Assembly: GCA_964618805.1 (NCBI GenBank)
Contig: CAZUBM010000013.1
Span: 1-54,835, forward strand
From: an uncultured Nitrososphaerota archaeon
Lineage (GTDB): Archaea > Korarchaeota > Korarchaeia > Korarchaeales > Korarchaeaceae
Length of the DNA stretch: 54,835 nucleotides
Direction: 5' to 3'
The notes beneath the pieces are model-generated. The model was not told the DNA's origin, made no database searches, and saw only the letters and a list, made by a program, of their open reading frames with translations. A program made the translations under genes and the position numbers. Shown one piece after another: positions 28,295 through 38,402 of this stretch. Position 1 is the first letter of the stretch, and every line of letters starts with the position of its first letter.

Positions 28295-30055
28295 ATGTAC
28301 GAGCCAAAGCCCTTCTCGAAAGTTCTCTACATAGATCTCAACAAAAGAACGAGCTGGGTTGAGGAAAGGGATGACCTAGTGGAGGAATGGCTGGGAGGCA
28401 TTGGACTCGGCATTCAGCTCTTAAAGGAGGAAAATGTAACATCTGTTGATCCCCTAGGACCAGACAATCCAATAATCCTTGCTGTAGGACCCTTTAACGC
28501 AGCATATCCTCTTGGATCTAAGACTGTTGCCCTTTTCAAGAGTCCTTTAACGGGGAACTTGGGCGAATCATATGCTGGTGGAAGGAGCAGCGTTTCTATC
28601 AAGCTTGCTGGTTATACCGCAATTGTAATTAGAGGAGCGAGCGAAACCCCCATATATCTAGCTATTCACGAAGACAAGGTTTACTTTAGGGATGCAAGCG
28701 CTTTATGGGGTATGTCAAGCAGCTTTACGGTTGGAAGAGTAATAGCTGAAAGAGAGCCGAATGCTGGCTACAGAAGCATCCTTAGAATAGGACCTGCAGG
28801 CGAAAGGTTGGTCAGATATGCCTCTGTAATGGTGGAGTCTTTCAGACATTTCGGAAGGCTTGGCTTAGGGGCTGTGTTTGGTTCTAAGAAGCTAAAAGCA
28901 GTTGTAATTTCAGGCAGAAAAGCATTAAGAGTTGAAGATAAAGTAGCATACAGGAAGATCTATGACGAGATCTTTGATAAGGCTGTCAGATCCGGTCTCA
29001 TGAAGAAGTATCATGAGCTTGGAACCTCAATGAATGTGCTCCCTTTAAATGAGTTGGGTGCTCTACCAACTATGAACCTTAGATCGGGCAGATTTGAACA
29101 CGCTGAAAACATAAGCGGAGAAGAAATGGCTTCAAAGGTCCTAGCTAGGAGAATTGCATGTTCTGGATGTCCAGTTGCATGTATTCACATCGCAGCTTTG
29201 AGGGAACCCTATCCACATGAGCCTTATTTCTACAAGACCACATTTATCTCATACGACTACGAGCTAGTATATGCCCTAGGCAGTATGCTGGGAATAGGAA
29301 GCAAGGAGGGGTTCTTGAAGCTTCTTCATGTTGTCGAATCCCTTGGGCTGGATGCAATAAGCACTGGAGTTTGCTTGGCTTGGGCTACGGAAGCTCTTGA
29401 GAAGGGAATAATTTCTGAGGAAGAAACTCTTCTGAGGCTGAAGTGGGGAGACTATGAGTCATACATTAAGGCTGTTAGAATGATCGTCAAACAGCCAAAC
29501 GAATTCTATAGAGAGTTAGCCTCAGGGGTTAATAATGCATCTAAGCATTTTGGAGGAGAGGATTTTGCACTATCCTTTGGTGGGAACGAAATGCCAGGAT
29601 ATCACACGGGGCCGGCGGCTCCTCTCGGTTTTCTCATAGGAGGAAGACACAGTCACCTTGATAACGCTGGCTACTCCATAGATCAAAAATCTGGAGAACT
29701 ACCCTCTCCAGAGGATCTGGTAGAGAGATTAGTCAAGGAGGAGAGTTGGAGGATGGTTCTTAACAGCCTAGTAGTATGCTTATTTGCAAGAAGAATATAC
29801 GATGTTGACACAGTATCCGAAGCATTAGAACCTTTAGGCATACCAATACCGCCAGAGGAACTTCTTAGACTCGGAGAAGATATCTACAGACAGAGATATT
29901 CCCTTAAGATTCAGATGGGATTCGATCCAACGGATCTGATGCCTCCAAAGAGGATATTCGATGTCCCAACATTTCATGGAAAGCTCGACAAGAGATATTT
30001 TAAGAACGCTCTAGAGTACTTCGTAAGCACTCTCAAGGATCGAGGAATCCTTTAA
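28295..30055 (+). CDS. Tungsten aldehyde:ferredoxin oxidoreductase family large subunit (GOR-like)
   Basis: KSPLTG, GRLGLGAVFGSKKLKA, CSGCPVAC, DYE, LGLDAIS, DNAGY, LVVC. Confidence 0.9.
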   Translation: MYEPKPFSKVLYIDLNKRTSWVEERDDLVEEWLGGIGLGIQLLKEENVTSVDPLGPDNPIILAVGPFNAAYPLGSKTVALFKSPLTGNLGESYAGGRSSVSIKLAGYTAIVIRGASETPIYLAIHEDKVYFRDASALWGMSSSFTVGRVIAEREPNAGYRSILRIGPAGERLVRYASVMVESFRHFGRLGLGAVFGSKKLKAVVISGRKALRVEDKVAYRKIYDEIFDKAVRSGLMKKYHELGTSMNVLPLNELGALPTMNLRSGRFEHAENISGEEMASKVLARRIACSGCPVACIHIAALREPYPHEPYFYKTTFISYDYELVYALGSMLGIGSKEGFLKLLHVVESLGLDAISTGVCLAWATEALEKGIISEEETLLRLKWGDYESYIKAVRMIVKQPNEFYRELASGVNNASKHFGGEDFALSFGGNEMPGYHTGPAAPLGFLIGGRHSHLDNAGYSIDQKSGELPSPEDLVERLVKEESWRMVLNSLVVCLFARRIYDVDTVSEALEPLGIPIPPEELLRLGEDIYRQRYSLKIQMGFDPTDLMPPKRIFDVPTFHGKLDKRYFKNALEYFVSTLKDRGIL

Positions 30056-30113
30056 ATTCCGAAAATAATTCAAAGACGCAGTTAGTTTTTCTTCTAAAGA
30101 AAGGCGGTACGGG

Positions 30114-30593
30114 ATGTCTGCACCCATCTTGTGGATAGGAATAGACGACCTAGATGGTAAGGATTCTGAAGACACCGGAGCTATAGCTAAAAAGATAGCG
30201 CATCAGTTAAGTTTGCTAGGATATAAGGTTGAAACGTTCAGACTCCAGCTTCCCAAGCTAAGCGAGATAGAGTTTGATGACGATAACGTGGCATATGCCC
30301 TTAAGGTAAGGATGGACCCAGGAAGGGCCATGGACTTCGTTGGAGAAATCGCTATGGATCTTTCATCAGATGAGAGCAATCCAGGCTTGGCTATAGTTAT
30401 GGATAGAGCCTTTTCCATAGCTGTAAAACTTGCAAAGGCATCTTTAATCTCTAAAATTCCAAAAGAGCTTGTTTTAGAGGTGTCAGAACAAACAGGGATC
30501 CAGTTGCTTGAATTAGGTGGAAGCGGAGACGGAATAGTTGGTGCCTTTAGCGCAGCTGTGTTAGCATCCATAGGAATTGCCGAGAGGTTTTAG
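30114..30593 (+). CDS. Stand-alone TiaS N-terminal-like domain protein
   Basis: WIGIDDLD, SNPGLA and GGSGDGIVGA motifs; 159 aa only. Confidence 0.6.
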   Translation: MSAPILWIGIDDLDGKDSEDTGAIAKKIAHQLSLLGYKVETFRLQLPKLSEIEFDDDNVAYALKVRMDPGRAMDFVGEIAMDLSSDESNPGLAIVMDRAFSIAVKLAKASLISKIPKELVLEVSEQTGIQLLELGGSGDGIVGAFSAAVLASIGIAERF

Positions 30594-30619
30594 GATTCTA
30601 AATCTATATGTAGTCTGAT

Positions 30620-31150
30620 TCATATCGTTTTCATGAATTTCCATGCTAGCAAGTCTGATTCTAGGGATGCAGCAGCAGAAACTACATTTGGTAGAAGCCA
30701 CAGAACCCCTCTGCCAGTCGGAACATGTAACGCAACGCAAATGTGCCCAACGACTTTCTTGCTCGACTTTCCTTCATGTAGCGGGAGACAGTATATTATA
30801 ACGTTCCCTTTGGAACCAAGCTTCCTTTCCATGCCATCTTCATGGATCATAACCTTTAGATAATGAACATCTCCAAGAGTAGGCAAGAATTCAATCATTT
30901 CTCCACCAACTATTAATATTAGCATCCTTAGAGCGTCAGCCATCCCTTCAAGGAGATCTACTAGGACCTCTAAGCCATTTCTCTCTAGAACTTCCCCCAT
31001 CCATTTAAGTATATTTTCTTTTGAGCTCTCCTTTTCCTCGAGGAGATATCTTATAATATCCTCTATTTTCCTTACCCTGGCCTCAATTGTCTCGTCCGAC
31101 TTCTGCCCTCCTTTTCTATCTTCATTGTTTTCCACTTCTTCCCTCACCAA
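30620..31150 (-). CDS. Hypothetical protein
   Basis: 176-aa ORF with plausible composition; no recognisable motif. Confidence 0.6.
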   Translation of the reverse strand: MVREEVENNEDRKGGQKSDETIEARVRKIEDIIRYLLEEKESSKENILKWMGEVLERNGLEVLVDLLEGMADALRMLILIVGGEMIEFLPTLGDVHYLKVMIHEDGMERKLGSKGNVIIYCLPLHEGKSSKKVVGHICVALHVPTGRGVLWLLPNVVSAAASLESDLLAWKFMKTI

Positions 31151-31348
31151 GAGAATCAGGTCTTTATTATCATGAAGAGAGGGAAAAACTATTAACTTAA
31201 TCTATTTCATCAGATGAAAGCCAACTTAGTCATAGCAGGTATATCTTGTCCATGAATTGTAGATCTGAAAACATCACAAATAAATAGGTAAAGGGGAATG
31301 GTCAATAAACGATTCTAATAATGATTCAAGGAGATCTAAGGTGATCAA

Positions 31349-34084
31349 ATGAATTCAATGGATAGCAAAAGTCTAAGTAACGTGAAATGGCATGCAATAG
31401 ACAAAGAAGAAGCCCTAAAACTGCTTGGTTCATCTAGAGAAGGGTTAAGCAAGGAAGAAGCCAGAAGAAGGCTTCAAATATACGGATACAATGAGATAAA
31501 GGAGAAAAAGAAGAAAACAACTTTTAACATATTCATAGATCAGTTTAAGAGCTTCTTAGTCGCGATACTTCTTTTTGCCATTCTCTTCTCAATGGTCATG
31601 AAAGATTACATCGATGCCGGCGCAATAGCTACAATATTGTTGCTCAATGCTGTCTTAGGAACCTTTCAAGAGTACAGGGCTGAGAAATCCCTTGAGGCAT
31701 TAAAGAGGTTAGCAGCTCCCAAAGCAAAGGTTATAAGAGAAGGCTTAGAGATCGTAGTTCCTGCTAGAGAATTAGTTCCTGGAGACATTGTAGTCCTTAG
31801 AGTGGGGGACAAAGTTCCAGCAGACTGTAGACTCATAGAGTCATATAACTTGAGGACTGATGAAGCTATCCTTACGGGAGAATCCGTTCCTGTAGAGAAG
31901 GATCCATCTATTATTCTTGAAGAAGAAACAACTCTTCCGGAAAGGAGGAACATGGTCTTCTCTTCCACTACAATTTCGTACGGGCATGGACTTGGTGTAG
32001 TTGTAGCGACCGGTATGGATACAGAAGTCGGTAAGATAGCTGAAATGCTAAAAGAGGAGGAAGAGAGGGCAACTCCTCTTCAAGAGCGTTTGGACAGGTT
32101 TGGAAAGAAACTAGGGCTTTTCATACTTTTACTGTGTGCGATAGTTGCTGTATCTGAAATAATCGAATATGGAGGATTGCATAGCCTTAGAGTGTTTGAG
32201 AATGCTATCCTTACATCAATAAGCTTAGCAGTTTCTGCCGTTCCTGAGGGTCTACCGGCCGTTGTCACTGTAACTTTGGCTTTAGGGATGAGGAGAATGG
32301 CTAAAAGAAATGCCATAGTGAGGAGGCTTTCAGCTGTAGAAACCCTAGGAAGCGCGACCGTAATATGCAGCGATAAGACTGGGACCATTACAAGGAACGA
32401 AATGACGGCAAGGGAGATTTGGCTTTATGGTAGAGAAATATTTGTCACAGGAGAAGGATATATACCAAGAGGAAAATTTGTCATAAAAGAAGGGAGTTCT
32501 TCGCATGAGACATCTCCAAAAGACATTCCAGACCTTAAAATGCTTCTAAAGGCAGGAATCCTTTGCAACGATGCTTCTTTAGTTTGTACGAGAGAGGAAA
32601 TTCATACAAGCGGTGATCCAACGGAATTGGCTCTTATAGTTCTCGGTGCAAAGGGAGGGTTGGATAAAAGGCTCTTAGAGAAGGAAGAGCCGAGGGTGGA
32701 TGAGGTTCCCTTTGATTCAGCTAGAAAAATGATGACAACTATACATAAGAATCCTGAGGGCCTGATTGGCTACTCAAAAGGGGCTCCAGAGGCTATACTG
32801 AAAGTATGCAATAAGATCCTCATAGATGGAGAAATTAGGGAGTTAAACGATGAGATTAGGAACGAGATCCTTTCAAAAGTTGAAGATATGGCTGAAAGGG
32901 CTATGAGAGTCCTAGCCTTAGCATACAAGGTGTTAGAAGGGGATTATGAAAGGGAAGAAATTGAGAAGAACATGGTATTTTTAGGTCTTGTAGGAATGAT
33001 AGACCCTCCCAGAGCAGAGGTAAAAGAAGCAGTAAAGCTAGCAAGAAAGGCTGGTCTCAAGGTTATAATGGTAACAGGCGATCACAAACTGACTGCCAAG
33101 GCCATAGCAAGAGAGGTGGGGATAATTGATGAGAAGGAAAATCCACTAATCATTACAAGTGAGGAGCTGGAAAAAATGAGTGACGAGGAACTTGATGAAA
33201 TAATCGATAAGGTAACCGTCTTTGCGAGAGTATCACCAAAACACAAGATTAGAATAGTTGACTCCCTAAAAAGAAAGAATCATGTTGTGGCTATGACCGG
33301 AGACGGTGTAAATGATGCTCCTTCCGTAAAGAGAGCTGATATAGGGATAGCTATGGGAATTAGAGGCTCGGATGTGACCAAAGAGGCAGCAGATATGGTG
33401 CTAGCGGATGATAACTTTGCAACGATCGTAGCAGCGATCGAAGAGGGCAGAACGATATACGAAAACATCAGAAAATTCATAAGGCTCTTACTTTCGGCGA
33501 ATTGGGATGAAATAGGTGTTGTGTTTGTAGCTGCAATAGCAAAACTTCCAGTTCCACTCCTTCCAGTTCAGATCTTGTGGATAAACCTTGTTACTGATGG
33601 ATTGCCAGCTCTAGCTTTGGGAATGGATCCTCCAGACCCAGATGTGATGAAAAAGCCTCCTAGAAATCCCAAGGAAGAAATTTATCATGGAATGTTCGAA
33701 TTCATCTTGATTGCTGCTATTATTGCAGCAATAGCGTCCCTACTCCCCTTTTACTATGTGTATAAGATTACAGGAGATGTTTCTATTGCAAGAACTGTTG
33801 CATTTACTATTGCTGTATTTTTCGAGATGTTCCTCTCATTCAACTGCAGGTCTCCAGATCATTATGTGTTCGCTTCGAAGGAGAGACTTTTAGCAAACAA
33901 ACCCTTATTCTTAGCAGTAATTGCCTCATTTCTACTACAACTAGCAGTCATCTATGTCCCATTCCTGCGAGTTGTCTTCGAAACTGCTAGCTTAGGTCTA
34001 AGGGAATGGGCAATAGTTCTATTAGCTTCTTCGGGAGGACTTTTCCTCTATCCAAAGCTATTTAAGCGAAAACACCATGTTTGA
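31349..34084 (+). CDS. P-type IIA (Ca2+-transporting-like) ATPase
   Basis: TGES, VPEGLP, DKTGT, KGAPE, TGD, GDGVND, WINLVTDG. Confidence 0.95.
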   Translation: MNSMDSKSLSNVKWHAIDKEEALKLLGSSREGLSKEEARRRLQIYGYNEIKEKKKKTTFNIFIDQFKSFLVAILLFAILFSMVMKDYIDAGAIATILLLNAVLGTFQEYRAEKSLEALKRLAAPKAKVIREGLEIVVPARELVPGDIVVLRVGDKVPADCRLIESYNLRTDEAILTGESVPVEKDPSIILEEETTLPERRNMVFSSTTISYGHGLGVVVATGMDTEVGKIAEMLKEEEERATPLQERLDRFGKKLGLFILLLCAIVAVSEIIEYGGLHSLRVFENAILTSISLAVSAVPEGLPAVVTVTLALGMRRMAKRNAIVRRLSAVETLGSATVICSDKTGTITRNEMTAREIWLYGREIFVTGEGYIPRGKFVIKEGSSSHETSPKDIPDLKMLLKAGILCNDASLVCTREEIHTSGDPTELALIVLGAKGGLDKRLLEKEEPRVDEVPFDSARKMMTTIHKNPEGLIGYSKGAPEAILKVCNKILIDGEIRELNDEIRNEILSKVEDMAERAMRVLALAYKVLEGDYEREEIEKNMVFLGLVGMIDPPRAEVKEAVKLARKAGLKVIMVTGDHKLTAKAIAREVGIIDEKENPLIITSEELEKMSDEELDEIIDKVTVFARVSPKHKIRIVDSLKRKNHVVAMTGDGVNDAPSVKRADIGIAMGIRGSDVTKEAADMVLADDNFATIVAAIEEGRTIYENIRKFIRLLLSANWDEIGVVFVAAIAKLPVPLLPVQILWINLVTDGLPALALGMDPPDPDVMKKPPRNPKEEIYHGMFEFILIAAIIAAIASLLPFYYVYKITGDVSIARTVAFTIAVFFEMFLSFNCRSPDHYVFASKERLLANKPLFLAVIASFLLQLAVIYVPFLRVVFETASLGLREWAIVLLASSGGLFLYPKLFKRKHHV

Positions 34085-34172
34085 ATGAGAATAACACAGA
34101 TCTCAACTCAAAACAGCAACCTTCTTAAGCTTACGCCTCTTCAAATGGATAAAATTCCTGCCTACGTTGTCC

Positions 34173-34613
34173 TTAAGCCTTTTTCATCCAACCTATTCTA
34201 GCCCCCGAAATCGAATCGATTTCTGAGGAATAGGGCTTTATGTCGAGCAGTGGCGTTCCATCGAGAGCATCAAGCCCTCTTACCCTTAGGATGTTCTTCC
34301 TTCTTTCAATAAGTTCAACGACCGCAAAACCAATTGGATTTGGCCTATTTGGGGATCTTGTCGCAAAAACTCCATGAACCTTATCATCGTGAGGGGTAAG
34401 AGTTTGTAGTACCCTTCTGTCAGCTCTATCGAGCCAGTAAAGAACTATGAGATGGGAACATGTTTCTACGTCTTTTAATCCATCCTCATATTCCTTGAAG
34501 ATCTCTATTACGCAGATATCCTTAGAAAACCTTCCTTGGCGTGGTGCCTCTTTTCGGTTTTTGTATGGGGTATGTATCACTCCAATTGGCTTTACTTCCA
34601 ATTTAATACCCAA
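34173..34613 (-). CDS. tsaA: TrmO/TsaA family SAM-binding tRNA methyltransferase
   Basis: PIGVIHTPY, PRQG, GVFATRSPNRPNPIG, GLDALDGTPLLDIKPY. Confidence 0.9.
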   Translation of the reverse strand: MGIKLEVKPIGVIHTPYKNRKEAPRQGRFSKDICVIEIFKEYEDGLKDVETCSHLIVLYWLDRADRRVLQTLTPHDDKVHGVFATRSPNRPNPIGFAVVELIERRKNILRVRGLDALDGTPLLDIKPYSSEIDSISGARIGWMKKA

Positions 34614-34697
34614 TTCGAACCTTAGCCTTTGCTAAAAAAGAATTTACCTAGCATGTTCTGTACTGCTATAATTGCCCATACCTCTCTACGAAGAGAA

Positions 34698-34985
34698 CTA
34701 GATTCTGAATTTTTCCATCTCCCCAAACCTGTTTTTCACTAGAGACACAAGCTCATCGATTGCTTCCTCAGCATCGGGTCCTTCTGCAGTGATCGTTATG
34801 ATGTGGCCGCACTCTGCTCTTAAGGACAGGACTCCGTAAAGGTTTTTAGCATCTGCTTTATTCTCGTCTCTCTTAACGTCAATATGGGATTTGAACTTCC
34901 TCGCAGCTTGAACAAATAAAGACGCTGCTCTATCGCTTAAACCTAGCTTATTAGAGAGTTTTACGGTAATTCTTACTTTTGCCAC
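34698..34985 (-). CDS. HPr paralog lacking His15 and Ser46
   Basis: GLSDRAAS in place of GLHARPAS; AKNLYGV in place of AKSILGI; otherwise close to 10050..10325. Confidence 0.85.
   Translation of the reverse strand: MAKVRITVKLSNKLGLSDRAASLFVQAARKFKSHIDVKRDENKADAKNLYGVLSLRAECGHIITITAEGPDAEEAIDELVSLVKNRFGEMEKFRI
34762..34819. repeat. 58-bp exact direct repeat of 10102..10159 (within both HPr genes)
   Basis: GCTTCCTCAGCATCGGGTCC...GCCGCACTCTGCTC identical in both copies. Confidence 0.95.
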
Positions 34986-35281
34986 CTCTTATCCCCTTCA
35001 AAGCCCATATTAGGAATATTTTCTTCTATTTAACATTCCACTTTCTATTGCTATTATTTTATCACACGAATATCAGTGCACTTTCTGACTCTAGGCCTAG
35101 CAGCCTTCATGGAATGTGAGTCTTTAGCTTCTGGATATAACAAATAGGGCATTGGTCTAATAGAATCTACAGGGGTTCTGGCTTGGAAATAAGGTTGAAT
35201 TACAACCGATCAAGGATAATTTAACATCAATATCCTCAGATAGGAGATAACATTTTATCTTACCTCTTTAGAATTAAAAAT

Positions 35282-35339
35282 GGCCTGTGATGAAAATTCC
35301 TTTAACGGATTAGTGAAGAATGACGGGCGGACTGAGGCC
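35282..35339 (+). ncRNA. Box C/D sRNA, double guide to 16S rRNA (predicted Am915 and Cm1402, E. coli numbering)
   Basis: GGCCT stem, C GTGATGA, guide AAATTCCTTTAA, D' CGGA, C' GTGAAGA, guide ATGACGGGCGGA, D CTGA, AGGCC stem, T-run; guides complement the conserved 16S TTAAAGGAATT and CCGCCCGTCA. Confidence 0.93.
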
Positions 35340-35344
35340 TTTTA

Positions 35345-36142
35345 TTAGAGCCCTTTGATCGTATACTTCAGAGCTACATCCCAGAATAGCTTTTTCTCTT
35401 TCCCTAAAAGGTATAGAGCCCTACCAAATACCAATTTGGTGAATCCATAAAGAAACATATCGCGCTTTAGCCCACTAAAGTCAAGATTATTAGCCCAACT
35501 ATCCGACTCCGGCAAACACCACTCAAACAAATTTGCTGCAAGATCGAGCATCTCTTCGCTTCCAGCAAATATGGGTGAGTTAGCATCTATCGAAGTCTTA
35601 ATCTCCAACTTCGGCTGACCGACTTCGATAGTACAAAGGAGACCATCACTTGTCTCAGCAAACCAACTTCTATATGCTATGGACTCGGCCCCCTCAAAGC
35701 CACAAACAATAATCTCTCCAGAATCCAAGGTTAAGGCATTTATTTTAGCTAGAATAATGTCATCTAAGGCAACATCTAACTCTCCGAGGGCAGCTATGCT
35801 TAATATTTCTTTTGAATTGCGAGAAAGACCTGATAATCCATGATATACAAGATCTGCCATTTCTTCGGATATAGAATTAATTTCGAGTTTCATCTCCTTG
35901 AAGCTTTCTTTAAGAACTAAAGGGAAGTTAAGAGAGCCTCTATAGATGAGACCTGTCTTCTCTAATTCTCTGATCGAGTCTATTTCCTTCATTTCCTCTA
36001 CAAGTTTCCACTTCCCTTTTTCTACTTCTCTCTCAATTTTTAGAAGGGCCTCTTGAACATGTTGATCATGTAACAAGCTATCGATGTCGATCGGGATCTC
36101 TCCAAAGGTTGCTATGATAAATACGATACTCAAAAACACCAC
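35345..36142 (-). CDS. Hypothetical protein
   Basis: 265-aa ORF, no recognised motif. Confidence 0.65.
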   Translation of the reverse strand: MVFLSIVFIIATFGEIPIDIDSLLHDQHVQEALLKIEREVEKGKWKLVEEMKEIDSIRELEKTGLIYRGSLNFPLVLKESFKEMKLEINSISEEMADLVYHGLSGLSRNSKEILSIAALGELDVALDDIILAKINALTLDSGEIIVCGFEGAESIAYRSWFAETSDGLLCTIEVGQPKLEIKTSIDANSPIFAGSEEMLDLAANLFEWCLPESDSWANNLDFSGLKRDMFLYGFTKLVFGRALYLLGKEKKLFWDVALKYTIKGL

Positions 36143-36561
36143 CCAGGCTTTGACTCAAACGGCCTGAAAATAATGTTAAGTCTTTTCTCAGAAGTCTTTA
36201 CGGGCGTTGCTTAAATATTTAAACCGAGAACATTCGCTAACGCAAAACAAGTCTTTACTACATGTCTTCTAAAGAGGAAGTGAAGGTAGAAATGATAGTC
36301 TGAACAAACAGGCCTTGCTATTATGTCTCTAGGATCAGGAATGGATCAAAGATAAGGTCTTCATCCCATTAAATGAAGGTAATACGCTAAAAAGTATTCA
36401 TGCACCTCAAAGAGCTGTAAGATAAGGCCAGATTGATAACATAAACGTCTCCATCTCTCACTTTGACAAAGTTCTTTAACTCCAGCTGCTAACAGGATAT
36501 GGTCATTCAAAGTGTGCTAATTATATAAAGCACAATTAGACGATCCTTTGGGAAAAATAAG

Positions 36562-37578
36562 ATGAAGGAAAGGGCTATTCTTGCACGAGACCTTAAGAAA
36601 ACATACATTACCTACCTAAGAAAAGGACTGCTAAAAAGAAAAAGACAAGAGGTTCATGCACTCAAAGGGATTTCTTTCGCAGTATGGAAGGGTGAAGTAT
36701 TCGGCCTTCTTGGCCCTAATGGCGCAGGAAAGACCACGACCGTGAAGATACTTAGTACGCTTCTCCTTCCAGATGAAGGAGAGGCTATGATAATGGGTCA
36801 TGATGTTGTAAATGAGGCAAAAAAGGTCAGAGAACTTATAGGAGTCTCACTCACAGTAGAGAAGGGCTTCTTTTGGAAGCTCACAGGAAGGGAGAACTTG
36901 ACTTACTTCGGCATGCTTCATGGAATGGACGGAAAAGAGCTTAAAGAAAGGGTCAAGGAGGTCCTGGATCTTGTCGGCCTGACCGGTTTAGGGGCTGCTG
37001 ACAAGCTATACGAGGAGTACTCTCTCGGTATGAAAGCAAGGTTAAGCATAGCAAGAGCTATGATAACGGATCCTGAGGTATTGATACTAGATGAGCCTAC
37101 TCTTGGCCTTGATCCACCATCTGCTAGAACGCTTAGGGAGCTTCTTGTGAGGCTTGCTCACCACGAGGGAAAAACCGTTTTGGTGACGACTCATAACATG
37201 TTTGAGGCGGAAATAGTTTGTGACAGAGTGGCTATAATAAACGAGGGGAAGATAATTGCCCTTGATACAGTCGAAGGCCTTAAGAGGCACTTGGCTGATA
37301 GAGTATCGCTAGAAGTAATCGTTGTTCCTCCTGCCGGAGTTCAAGTTACTTCCTTAGTCAAAGCTATTAGAGGTGCTACAGGTGTTCCTTCTGAGGCATT
37401 CCCCGAGAATGGACTAGTGAGGCTTAAGGTCGTTCAAACTCCGGATAAAGTAGAAGAAACTACTTCAAAGATACTAGGTCTTCTTCATGAGAGAGGATGC
37501 AAAGTGAGAAGGGTAGAGATAAAAGAACCAAGTCTTGAGGACGTTTTCATCCAGCTTACTGGAAGGACAGGATTTTGA
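36562..37578 (+). CDS. ABC-2 exporter ATP-binding subunit
   Basis: GPNGAGKTT, YSLGM, ILDEPT, TTH, PSLEDVF. Confidence 0.95.
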   Translation: MKERAILARDLKKTYITYLRKGLLKRKRQEVHALKGISFAVWKGEVFGLLGPNGAGKTTTVKILSTLLLPDEGEAMIMGHDVVNEAKKVRELIGVSLTVEKGFFWKLTGRENLTYFGMLHGMDGKELKERVKEVLDLVGLTGLGAADKLYEEYSLGMKARLSIARAMITDPEVLILDEPTLGLDPPSARTLRELLVRLAHHEGKTVLVTTHNMFEAEIVCDRVAIINEGKIIALDTVEGLKRHLADRVSLEVIVVPPAGVQVTSLVKAIRGATGVPSEAFPENGLVRLKVVQTPDKVEETTSKILGLLHERGCKVRRVEIKEPSLEDVFIQLTGRTGF

Positions 37579-37589
37579 GATGATGCGTT

Positions 37590-38402
37590 ATGGGCCTTAA
37601 GACCCTGCTAAAGTCTGGCATTCTGCTAGATTTATATTTCTTCAAGAACAACCGCTCAGCATCTATATCTAGGCTCATCTGGCCATATCTTACGCTAGGA
37701 CTTATAATGGGCATGGGAATTTTGTTTGGCAACACTCAGTCGTTCAGACAGAATGTTCAGGCGCCCGTTAATCCTTTGACTTACTTTGTTGCCTCAACAC
37801 TTGCAGCTATGGTTTCTCTTGACGTGATGTGGGGAGTAGGAGGAAGCGTGCTTTTTCACAGGTGGATAGGAACCTTACCGTACATACTTCTTTCTCCAAA
37901 TAGGACATCGATAACCTTAGTCCTAACTTACGTGCCGAGATACCTCCTCTCAGCAGGGATACAGCTAGCCGAATTCACCCCTCTGATTCTCATGGTAGAG
38001 GGAGTTACAGGTGGGACTGTGAAGCTGTGCATCATAGCATTGGCCTTGACCATAGGAATGCTTCCATTACTTGGATTTTCAGCTCTTTTTGCATCTTTCC
38101 TCCTTTCTATTAAGGAAGAGACAAACGTTTTGGGATGGCTTAACCCCCTTATTCTTCTATTTTCAGGAGCGTTCTATCCGGCTTATCTCCTTCCTAGATG
38201 GGCAAGGCTCATATCTATAGTACTTCCATCAACCTACACGATAGAGCTAGCAAGGCTCTCTGCCATTATAGGTTCTCCTGTATCGAGAAGGATCACTTTA
38301 CTTATTGGAGTCCTTGCGGCCATGTCAGTCATATATAACTCTGCCTCTGGTCTTGTTATACAGATAGGAGAGAGGAAAGCCATGAAAGAGGGAGCGATAT
38401 GA
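37590..38402 (+). CDS. ABC-2 type permease
   Basis: Six TMs, GTLPYILLSP, FSGAFYP..LP.W. Confidence 0.85.
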   Translation: MGLKTLLKSGILLDLYFFKNNRSASISRLIWPYLTLGLIMGMGILFGNTQSFRQNVQAPVNPLTYFVASTLAAMVSLDVMWGVGGSVLFHRWIGTLPYILLSPNRTSITLVLTYVPRYLLSAGIQLAEFTPLILMVEGVTGGTVKLCIIALALTIGMLPLLGFSALFASFLLSIKEETNVLGWLNPLILLFSGAFYPAYLLPRWARLISIVLPSTYTIELARLSAIIGSPVSRRITLLIGVLAAMSVIYNSASGLVIQIGERKAMKEGAI

